The notes below the pieces were generated by a model, which saw only the letters and a program-made list of their open reading frames with translations, searched no databases and had not been told where the DNA came from. 64,000 nt of DNA, taken from an uncultured Verrucomicrobiae bacterium (GTDB lineage Bacteria > Chlamydiota > Chlamydiia > Chlamydiales > Rhabdochlamydiaceae). Both the position numbers and the translations under genes were made by a program. The stretch lies in contig CAWDYW010000001.1 of assembly GCA_963806855.1 (NCBI GenBank), positions 1,184,001 through 1,248,000 on the forward strand. The letters run 5' to 3'. Within the stretch, counting starts at the first letter, position 1. Each line of letters begins with the position of its first letter. Positions 38,927-46,995 of the stretch are shown here, in pieces.

Positions 38927-41230
38927 TCAAGTTGTTTGGCTATCTTTAAAGAGCTTGATGATCTTGAATTTGAGAAGATCCAAGAAGAAAAAGTAGACTG
39001 CTGTGCTACCGAGTAAAAGGAAAACTAAAGATAGAGGAATCTGGGCCATCAAGATCCCCTTGCAGGCCAGGATGGTCACAAAGATGATATCGAGCCCAGT
39101 AAAGATGAGCATCCAATTGCTGGGCCTTGAGTGCCAAAAGTGTTTGCTTTCCCGCACGAGATAGAGTGTTGCTTGTCCCGTAAAGACAAGGGTCAGGAAA
39201 ACCATTGTTTGCACTTGGGGCATAGAAAGATAATGAATCGCCATAAAGAGTACTAAAAACGAGAAGCCCAATATCATGATGGCGAAGAGTCCTGCAGTGG
39301 TGATCAGCCGTTTGATATTCCATTTGTCTGGGGTATGGGAAAATGAGACCCAATCAGTGGCGATCGTCATGGTGGTGAAATCATTGATGAAAAAGAGGAG
39401 CAGGATCAGTAGCTGCGAGATGATGAATTGGCCGGTCAGCATCAAGCCGAGACCAAGCAGAACGGAGATTTCTAGGGTTTTGATGATCTTGTTTTGGATA
39501 TAGGTGAGCATCCTCTGGTAGATGCGCCTGCTCTCTTTCACCGCTTCGACAATATCGCCCAGGCCCGGATTGGTCAACACGAGGCTCGCGGCTGCTTTCG
39601 CCACGTCGGTCGCATTGCTGACGGCGATCCCCACTTCTGCTTTTTTCAAAGCGGGCGCATCGTTGACTCCATCTCCTGTCATGCCACTAATATAGCCGCT
39701 GTTTTGCAGCAATTGAACGATATGGAATTTGTCTTCAGGAAAGATCCCTGAAAAAATATCGGTCTTCTCAATGTCCTCTTTTGAAAGCTCATGGATATCC
39801 TCTCTTGAAAAGGTCCTGGTGCCGATGCCTACTTGGCCCGCGATGGATTTTGCTGTGATCCGATTATCTCCTGTCAGCATCATCACTCGAATGCCGAGGG
39901 TGTGGAGCTCCTCGATGGCTGCTTTTGAAGTGGCGCGAGGCGGGTCTTGAAATGCAAGCAGGCCGACAAATTGAAAATGCCCTTTTTGGCCAATGATGAT
40001 CCCTAATAGGCGCGATCCTCCAGAAGAGAGCTCCTTTACGTCATGTAATAGATCAACCCCTGCCATTTCGGCCAATATGAATGGAGAGCCTTTGAAGATA
40101 AAGAGCTCTTGGTCGCGATAGCGGACAATGGTCCCAGAGTGCTTCCGATTAGGGTCAAAAGGGAGAAATCGAATGCGCTCTGCGGTCGAATAGGGCGATT
40201 TCACCTCTTTCGCAGCGCTTAAGATTGTTAAATCAAACGGGTCTTGTGTCGCCTCTTCACAGGCCATCGTCGCAAGGCAGAGCAGATCCTGGTCGGTAAA
40301 GGGGGCGTAAGAGCGGAGCGCAGCGATGTGGAGGCTGTTTTGGGTAATCGTCCCTGTTTTATCGATGCATAAGATATTCATCGCCGCCGCTTCTTCAATT
40401 GCGGAAAGGCGGGTGACGAGGACTCCCCTTTTGGCAAGCTCCATCGATCCCAAAGCAGTCGAGAGGGCATAGGTAGCTGGGAGGGCGACCGGTACCGACG
40501 CAATGAGCAGCAGCAAGGAGAAGGGAACGGTGTCAAAAAGGGAGATCCCTTGATAAAATGAGTAGATGAGCAAAATCAGAATTAAGATGATGTCGAAGAT
40601 GACCAGGGATTTGACGATCGCAAAGATCGTGCTCTGAAGATGCGAAGGGGTCTTGGCCGTCCGCATGATCTCGGCCGTTTTCCCAAAAAAGGTGTTTTTC
40701 CCTGTCTCAGTGACTTTGGCATAGGCTTCCCCTTGTCTGACGATTGATCCGGCGTAGACTATGGAAGGTTCAACGGGTAATGACTCCCCTGTTATGGCTG
40801 ATTGGTCAATGGAGACTTTCCCAGACAGCAGCTTTGCATCGGCCGGGACAATGTCGCCCATCCGAAGACAGATGACGTCATCAGGAACAAGTTCCTGAGC
40901 GGGAATTAAACGCCACTGCTGGTCTCTAAGAACGCGCGCTTGAACTTTGAGTTTGCTCTGCAATAAGCGGACCGCATTTCTAGCTTTCCCTTCTTCAAGA
41001 AAACTGATCAGTGCATTGAATAAAAGCAGGATCGCGATGACCCAGGCTTCTGTAAATTTTTTTAAGAAGAGTTCTATTAAAATAATAAGCTCGAGCATCC
41101 ATGGGACGGGAGCCCAGAATTTTTGCAGAAAGAGAAGAACAGGATTTTCCTTTTCTTCCGGCATCGTATTAGGACCAAATTTTTGCAGCCGCTGCTCTGC
41201 CTCAGGAGATGTTAAACCATTTAGAATCAT
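38927..41230 (-). CDS. P-type H+-exporting ATPase (P3A, PMA1-like)
   Basis: FWAPVPWMLE, DQSAITGES, PVALPA, CIDKTGT, DPPR, TGDGVNDAPALKKA, FFIND. Confidence 0.9.
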   Translation of the reverse strand: MILNGLTSPEAEQRLQKFGPNTMPEEKENPVLLFLQKFWAPVPWMLELIILIELFLKKFTEAWVIAILLLFNALISFLEEGKARNAVRLLQSKLKVQARVLRDQQWRLIPAQELVPDDVICLRMGDIVPADAKLLSGKVSIDQSAITGESLPVEPSIVYAGSIVRQGEAYAKVTETGKNTFFGKTAEIMRTAKTPSHLQSTIFAIVKSLVIFDIILILILLIYSFYQGISLFDTVPFSLLLLIASVPVALPATYALSTALGSMELAKRGVLVTRLSAIEEAAAMNILCIDKTGTITQNSLHIAALRSYAPFTDQDLLCLATMACEEATQDPFDLTILSAAKEVKSPYSTAERIRFLPFDPNRKHSGTIVRYRDQELFIFKGSPFILAEMAGVDLLHDVKELSSGGSRLLGIIIGQKGHFQFVGLLAFQDPPRATSKAAIEELHTLGIRVMMLTGDNRITAKSIAGQVGIGTRTFSREDIHELSKEDIEKTDIFSGIFPEDKFHIVQLLQNSGYISGMTGDGVNDAPALKKAEVGIAVSNATDVAKAAASLVLTNPGLGDIVEAVKESRRIYQRMLTYIQNKIIKTLEISVLLGLGLMLTGQFIISQLLILLLFFINDFTTMTIATDWVSFSHTPDKWNIKRLITTAGLFAIMILGFSFLVLFMAIHYLSMPQVQTMVFLTLVFTGQATLYLVRESKHFWHSRPSNWMLIFTGLDIIFVTILACKGILMAQIPLSLVFLLLGSTAVYFFFLDLLKFKIIKLFKDSQTT

Positions 41231-41451
41231 TCTTCTTTCCCTAATATCCTAAAATTCTTAGTATGTCAAAAAAAGGGCCTTGCTCATAGATTCGGCCAGA
41301 ATTTCGGCTGAGCGAGAGGTTCCAGATACAATGACTTTTGACGAGTCCATAGCCGGAGGCACTATGGATGAGGAAAAAGGCACTGCAGATGGACGCCTCG
41401 CAGCCGGCCGAAAACTGGCCCAATCTATGAGCAAGGCCCGAAAGGTGATAC

Positions 41452-42237
41452 ATGGAAATGATTCCTCTTCTGGCATTCCTCGGAGTTGGGATTTTAGCTG
41501 GCCTTATCGGCGGATTGCTGGGCTTGAGCGGAGGGGTGGTGACGGTTCCTGCACTGGTCTTTATTTTTCCCTTAATTGGCATCCCTGAGACTCAAGTGAC
41601 CCACATGGCGATCGGCACTTCACTCGCGGCTATGGTTTTCAATGGCATTGTCTCCACTTGGTCGCATCACCTGCGTAAAGGGGTCCTCTGGGAGCTGTTT
41701 CTCTCACTGCTGCCCTGGATTACGATTGGGGCGTTATTCGGCGGTATTGTCGCGAACTTTATATCGGATTTCGTTCTTGAAAATCTTTTTGGCTTTTTTA
41801 TCTGCTTTCTTGGTATTTATCTATTTTGGCCGCCAAGAAAAAAGAAGGAGCTTCGAGAGTTCAATAAACATTCGATTTTCTGGTGCGGGACGGGTGTCGG
41901 CACCATAGCGGGTGTACTCGGAATTGGAGGAGGGGTGTTTACGGTTCCCCTGTTGATTCACTTCAACTATCCGGAGAAAAAGGCCATCGGGACCTCTGCG
42001 GCGATCAGTTTGGTAGTGACGACGGTGACTGCGCTCACCTATTTGTACTTTGGATTGAAAACGGTGAAGACGCCCGAAAGTTTAGGATATATATATTTGC
42101 CCGCTTTTGTTTTTATTGGACTTGGCGCGATGTTTTTGGCTCCCTTGGGAGCAAAGTGGGCACATGCAATCGATGGATTGCTTTTGCGCCGAATTTTTGC
42201 AGCTGTACTGATCATCATTGGTATTTTGATGATCTAA
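41452..42237 (+). CDS. TauE/SafE family membrane transporter
   Basis: GLLGLSGG..VP, AIGTSLA, GIGGG...VP, AIGTSA. Confidence 0.9.
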   Translation: MEMIPLLAFLGVGILAGLIGGLLGLSGGVVTVPALVFIFPLIGIPETQVTHMAIGTSLAAMVFNGIVSTWSHHLRKGVLWELFLSLLPWITIGALFGGIVANFISDFVLENLFGFFICFLGIYLFWPPRKKKELREFNKHSIFWCGTGVGTIAGVLGIGGGVFTVPLLIHFNYPEKKAIGTSAAISLVVTTVTALTYLYFGLKTVKTPESLGYIYLPAFVFIGLGAMFLAPLGAKWAHAIDGLLLRRIFAAVLIIIGILMI

Positions 42238-42254
42238 ATTGAGGAAACAAACGC

Positions 42255-43385
42255 ATGTATTTACGAGACTTTAAAGTCATCAGGCCTAATTTCGAGGAAA
42301 GTCAGGAGAACCTGCTCGAATGGGTTGTGAGCGCCCACGTGGGGACAACCATGCGTACGAATGGCTGGAGTGAGCAAGATAATGAGTGTCAATTGTTTAC
42401 AGCTAAATTGCGGGAAAATCTGATGCGCATTGGTCTTGGACAAAACAAGATCCAAAAAAGGGGCTTTCAGATCAAAGATTGCAGCCACCAAAGTTGGGAT
42501 CAGATGGAAATCTACAATATCGCTGTGATGCCCGAAGGGTATCTGCTCGACAAGCGGATGGAGTTTTTCAATCAAGCCTGCTCGGAGGTCTTTGAGCAGA
42601 TGTATGGCCCAAATGATGTGCTTCCTCCCCACCTTGTCCACGTGACTTGCACCGGCTATGTCGCCCCCAGCCCTGCTCAAAAGCTGGTCTCTTCGCGTGA
42701 CAATGGTAAGAATACCACGGTGACCCATGCCTACCATATGGGCTGCTACGGCTCGATCCCTGCGGTGCGCATTGCGATGGGCCATTTTGCTGTCGAGCAT
42801 GAGCAAACAGATATCGTCCATACCGAGCTATGCTCTCTGCACATGAACCCAGCGCAGCACTCGATGGATCAGCTGGTGGTTCAGAGCCTATTTGCCGATG
42901 GCTTTATCCGTTATTCTCTGGGAGAGAAGTCGGATGGTCCAGCGCTGAAAATTTTGGCCGTCTCTGAACAGATCATTGCCGACTCTATCACAAAAATGAC
43001 CTGGGACTGCAACGAGTGGGGATTTCAGATGTCGCTCTCAAAGGATATTCCGGTCCACATCCGGCGCAATATCGATGCCTACCTCGACCAGCTAGCTAAA
43101 AAAAGTGGAATCGATCGGGAAGAGCTTAAATGCGCTCACTATGCGATCCATCCCGGCGGTCCCAAAATTGTGGAAAATATTGCCGAAAAACTGGGACTTG
43201 AGCCAGATCAAACTCGCCATACTGTCGCTGTACTGCAAAATTATGGCAATATGTCGTCAGCTACACTCCCCCATATCTGGGAGCGGATTTTAAAAGACGA
43301 TACGATAAAAGCTGGAGAGCGTATAGTGAGCATGGCTTTTGGGCCAGGTTTGACCATTTGCGGCGCCGTTTTTGAAAAGAGGTAA
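42255..43385 (+). CDS. Type III polyketide synthase (chalcone synthase-like)
   Basis: VTCTG, HMGCYG (catalytic Cys), ELCSLH, LFADG, HPGG (His), GNMSSAT (Asn), FGPGLT. Confidence 0.9.
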   Translation: MYLRDFKVIRPNFEESQENLLEWVVSAHVGTTMRTNGWSEQDNECQLFTAKLRENLMRIGLGQNKIQKRGFQIKDCSHQSWDQMEIYNIAVMPEGYLLDKRMEFFNQACSEVFEQMYGPNDVLPPHLVHVTCTGYVAPSPAQKLVSSRDNGKNTTVTHAYHMGCYGSIPAVRIAMGHFAVEHEQTDIVHTELCSLHMNPAQHSMDQLVVQSLFADGFIRYSLGEKSDGPALKILAVSEQIIADSITKMTWDCNEWGFQMSLSKDIPVHIRRNIDAYLDQLAKKSGIDREELKCAHYAIHPGGPKIVENIAEKLGLEPDQTRHTVAVLQNYGNMSSATLPHIWERILKDDTIKAGERIVSMAFGPGLTICGAVFEKR

Positions 43386-43387
43386 GA

Positions 43388-43876
43388 ATGCATTATTTCA
43401 TGATGATCCCCTTCATAGTTCAAACTTTTGCGATCGGCTTTGATGAGTACTACTTTCACATTAAACGAGGCCTTCCCCTCTGGGAGCGGATCGGCCATCC
43501 TATCGATACCTTAAGCGTCCTCTGCTGTTTCCTCTTTGCCTTACTTGTCCCCTACTCCCCTCTTGCCCTCAAATGGTACATCGCCCTTACGGTCTTCTCT
43601 TGCCTCATGGTCACCAAGGATGAATGGGTCCATAAGCACCACTGCCCTGGTTCTGAACATTGGCTTCACGCGCTGCTTTTCATCAACCACCCGATCATAC
43701 TGACAGCTGTTGGGCTCCTCTGGGCTAACCCCTCTTGGATGCACCGATGGCTCACCCAGCCCGAGACAATGCACACCTTTTTAGTGCTCCAGGCTGCTTT
43801 TACAGCCCTATTTTTTTGCTATCAAGTCATCTACTGGAATTTCATATGGAAAGAAAAGGAAGTAAAAACCCAATAA
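43388..43876 (+). CDS. Integral membrane protein with Glu/His metal-ligand-like motifs
   Basis: About 5 TM helices; DEYYFH, ERIGH, DEWVH, EHWLH. Confidence 0.75.
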   Translation: MHYFMMIPFIVQTFAIGFDEYYFHIKRGLPLWERIGHPIDTLSVLCCFLFALLVPYSPLALKWYIALTVFSCLMVTKDEWVHKHHCPGSEHWLHALLFINHPIILTAVGLLWANPSWMHRWLTQPETMHTFLVLQAAFTALFFCYQVIYWNFIWKEKEVKTQ

Positions 43877-44598
43877 ACAACGCTTGGTATGACGATCTAA
43901 ATGAGCGGTGGCATACCATTGAAGACCATCCCATTGCCCTACTCCGCTCTGAAAATAATCTGCGCAATCCTTGGATCCAAAGCGTCCTGGTCAAGAATTT
44001 TCACCACCCTTGCAGCGTCCTCGATATTGGGTGTGGCGGCGGCCTACTGACCAATTTTCTGGCTCAAAAAGGGCATCTTGTCACTGGGATCGATCTCTCT
44101 GAGCCGAGCCTCCAAGTGGCCCGAAGCCTCGATACGACAAAATCGGTCGACTACCGCAGGGCTAGCGCCTATCAGCTTCCCTTCGCCGATAAAAGTTTTG
44201 ATATCGTCTGTGCGATGGATATCCTCGAGCATGTCGAAAATCCGGCTCTCTTGATTCAGGAGGCCTCTCGAGTGCTCAAGAAGGGAGGATTATTCTTTTT
44301 CCATACCTTCAACCGCAACCTCTGGAGCTATTTACTGGTGATCAAAGGGGTCGACTGGTGCTTCTCCAACGCCCCTCCCCATATGCACGTCTATCCCCTC
44401 TTCGTCAAACCCGAGGAGCTAAAGCAGTTTTGCGAAAATCAGAAGCTGACTGTCCAAGAGATGAAAGGGGTCCGGGTGGTGATGCTCAATAGATCGTTCT
44501 GGAAAATGGTCTTTACCAAGAGAGTCGACGAGAACTTTAAGTTCGCCTTCACCAAGTCGCTCAAGACTGGGTATTCAGGCTTCGCTAAGAAAGGGTAA
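43846..44598 (+). CDS. UbiG-like SAM-dependent O-methyltransferase
   Basis: VLDIGCGGGLL, GIDLS, D.LEHV, HTFNRN..S, F.KP.EL. Confidence 0.85.
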   Translation: MERKGSKNPINNAWYDDLNERWHTIEDHPIALLRSENNLRNPWIQSVLVKNFHHPCSVLDIGCGGGLLTNFLAQKGHLVTGIDLSEPSLQVARSLDTTKSVDYRRASAYQLPFADKSFDIVCAMDILEHVENPALLIQEASRVLKKGGLFFFHTFNRNLWSYLLVIKGVDWCFSNAPPHMHVYPLFVKPEELKQFCENQKLTVQEMKGVRVVMLNRSFWKMVFTKRVDENFKFAFTKSLKTGYSGFAKKG

Positions 44599-44688
44599 TT
44601 AACGCAAAGACGCCAAGGCGCAAAGACGCAAAAAAATAAAAATTATTGTTTTTTTTGCGTCTTTGCGACTTGGCGTCTTTGCGTTGAA
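44599..44688. repeat. REP-like palindrome family B, copy 2
   Basis: AACGCAAAGACGCCAAGGCGCAAAGACGCAAAAAAA / TTTTTTTGCGTCTTTGCGACTTGGCGTCTTTGCGTT; lies between convergent genes. Confidence 0.85.
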
Positions 44689-44698
44689 AAAAGGTTGA

Positions 44699-45220
44699 TT
44701 AAGTGTCGGACAAATACCGGATGATCCGATCGATCCGAAAATGCCGCTCTTCGCGCTTGGCCAATAAATCGTAGAACTCCGTTGGGTCCTTCTGCTCTTT
44801 CTTGATCTCCTGATGGATCTGCGCATGGATGCACTGCTGCATCTCTCTGGCGAGCTTACGGATGTTTTGGAGGGCAATGAGTCGCTCTTTCACTTTGTAA
44901 TTTTCGACCTTCTTTAACAAAAGCTCTTCGGCCTTTTCAATGAAAAAGAGTGGATAATTTTGGTTGGCGGTGCAATGGAGCTGCTCGTGATGCGAATTGG
45001 GCCCTTTTTGTAAGATGACCTTCGCTTTGGCAAATTTTCGTTTCGAAGCGCTCGGGGCTTTGATGGGGAGCTTGCCGACACAGGCTGGGATGCGCGGGGT
45101 CTTCTTGTGTTTAAATGTACGGGATTTCCCCTTTTTTTCTATCGTCGTCGCTCTGTCGAGAATCTCTTTAAATTGATCGCAAGAAAGTTTACTTTTTTCC
45201 ATGGGGGTCAGTTTTAACAT
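44699..45220 (-). CDS. Hypothetical basic protein
   Basis: 173 aa ORF filling the gap between the methyltransferase and tpx. Confidence 0.6.
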   Translation of the reverse strand: MLKLTPMEKSKLSCDQFKEILDRATTIEKKGKSRTFKHKKTPRIPACVGKLPIKAPSASKRKFAKAKVILQKGPNSHHEQLHCTANQNYPLFFIEKAEELLLKKVENYKVKERLIALQNIRKLAREMQQCIHAQIHQEIKKEQKDPTEFYDLLAKREERHFRIDRIIRYLSDT

Positions 45221-45280
45221 ACCCTTGCTTTAAAATCAAAATTTTTCTTAATATTTAGAGAATCTTACAGGAGGACCGCA

Positions 45281-45787
45281 ATGGCCAAAGTGACACTCAA
45301 AGGAAACCCCATTTCAACAAATGGTGATCTGCCTAAAATGGGAGCGACAGCGCCCGACTTTGTACTTGTCGATAAAGATTTAAGCAACCGCTCTCTAAAA
45401 GACTTCGCTGGAAAGCCCAAGCTCCTCAACATCGTCCCGAGTCTCGATACATCAACCTGCTCAATAAGCGCCAAAAAGTTTAATGAGGCGATCAAAGGGC
45501 ATCCGGAAGTCACTGTATTGGTCATCTCAACCGATTTACCCTTTGCTCAAAGTCGGTTTTGCTCCCAAGAGAACGCTGAAAATATCATCACGCTATCGAT
45601 GATGCGCAATAAGGATTTTGCTAGGGATTATGGCGTATTGATTCAGGATGGTCCGCTGGCTGGCATCTGCGCTCGCTCGGTGGTTGTGCTCGACAAAAAT
45701 AACAAAGTGATCTATACACAGCTTGTCCCAGAAATCACAACGGAGCCCGATTACCAAACGGCTCTTAAACATCTACTAGGAAAGTAA
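45281..45787 (+). CDS. tpx: Thiol peroxidase (atypical 2-Cys peroxiredoxin)
   Basis: VPSLDTSTC, DLPFAQSRFC, EPDY; GGAGG RBS. Confidence 0.95.
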   Translation: MAKVTLKGNPISTNGDLPKMGATAPDFVLVDKDLSNRSLKDFAGKPKLLNIVPSLDTSTCSISAKKFNEAIKGHPEVTVLVISTDLPFAQSRFCSQENAENIITLSMMRNKDFARDYGVLIQDGPLAGICARSVVVLDKNNKVIYTQLVPEITTEPDYQTALKHLLGK

Positions 45788-45789
45788 GC

Positions 45790-46503
45790 ATGACAAAATT
45801 GAAGGAACATTCTCGAGAGAATATCCATAAGATGTTCGATCAAATCTCCCCCACCTATGATTTAGCCAATCGGGTCATGACTTTTAATCTCGACCAAATC
45901 TGGCGAAAGAAGATGGTCAAAATGTTGCCTGAGAGGGAGGGACAGTTTGTTCTAGATTGTGCTACAGGGACGGCCGATCAGCTGATCTGCATGATGGAAA
46001 ACACCAAGCGGATCAAACGGGCCATAGGAATTGATTTAGCAGCCGAAATGGTGGCCATTGGCGAGAAGAAGGTCAAGACTAAGCCCTACGCCGATGCCCT
46101 CTCCTTTCAAATCGCTAGCGCCCTAGAACTGCCCTTTGAAGAGAATACGTTTGATTGCGTGACGATCTCGTTTGGGATCCGCAATGTGACTGATGTGAAG
46201 AAGGCCCTATCAGAGTTCTACCGGGTGCTCAAGCCAGGCGGACGGGTGCTCATTCTCGAAGGGACAGTCCCCAAGATGAAGTGGCTGCGGGCAATCCACC
46301 TATTCTACTTAAGAAATTTCCTCCCCCGCATCGGCCAGATGATTTCCAAAAACGACTATGCCTACCGATACCTCAACGAGACGATTGAGACCTTCCCATC
46401 TGGGGAGGCCTTTTGCTCGATGATGCGCGATGTTGGCTTCGCTGATGCCAAGGCCAACCTCCAAACTGGCGGTATCGCAACGATTTATTCGGGAAATCGT
46501 TAA
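45790..46503 (+). CDS. ubiE: UbiE/MenG C-methyltransferase
   Basis: MFD.I...YD..NR, D.ATGTAD, TISFGIRNV, RVLKPGGR, AY.YL.E.I..FP. Confidence 0.92.
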   Translation: MTKLKEHSRENIHKMFDQISPTYDLANRVMTFNLDQIWRKKMVKMLPEREGQFVLDCATGTADQLICMMENTKRIKRAIGIDLAAEMVAIGEKKVKTKPYADALSFQIASALELPFEENTFDCVTISFGIRNVTDVKKALSEFYRVLKPGGRVLILEGTVPKMKWLRAIHLFYLRNFLPRIGQMISKNDYAYRYLNETIETFPSGEAFCSMMRDVGFADAKANLQTGGIATIYSGNR

Positions 46504-46536
46504 AAATCTAGCTGTACTCTCTCTGAAAGTGGAATA

Positions 46537-46734
46537 TTAAAGACCACTATAATCGCTAGCTAGAGGATTAACATTTCGCCCATTGTGACCTGGTTCTCTG
46601 AAAATTCCTAGATTTAGTTGTAGAACTTTTTCAGCTGTCTTATCGCTCCTACCTAGCCGCCGAGGGCCCGACTCTCTATTTTCTGGATTATTATTCAAGG
46701 GCTTATCATTAAATTGATTAAAACTAATGCTCAT
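46537..46734 (-). CDS. Small hypothetical protein (possible remnant)
   Basis: 65 aa low-GC ORF with an Asn/Ser-rich N-terminus downstream of an AT-rich tract. Confidence 0.35.
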   Translation of the reverse strand: MSISFNQFNDKPLNNNPENRESGPRRLGRSDKTAEKVLQLNLGIFREPGHNGRNVNPLASDYSGL

Positions 46735-46995
46735 AATTTATTTCTTATATGGTTTTTATTATAAACTTAATTATAACAAAATATTAATTATATATGTAAA
46801 TAAAAACTTAGTATTATAGGAAGCAAATGAAATTTATACTTAAGTACTTGAATATAAAAGATTCATTACCACAGAGAGACAGAGGGAAAATTCTGATAAT
46901 TTTTTGATTTTCAGAGAGTTAAATTAGGCAATAACGCCGGTACCAATAGCAAGGTTATTCAGACCCAGCGGGAATCCAAGCGCCAGGCATGTGTA

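Noticed and set aside
46868..46886. ACCACAGAGAGACAGAG, resembling another octamer-type REP arm
   Set aside because: It is a single short arm with no adjacent complementary partner and no second copy in the window.
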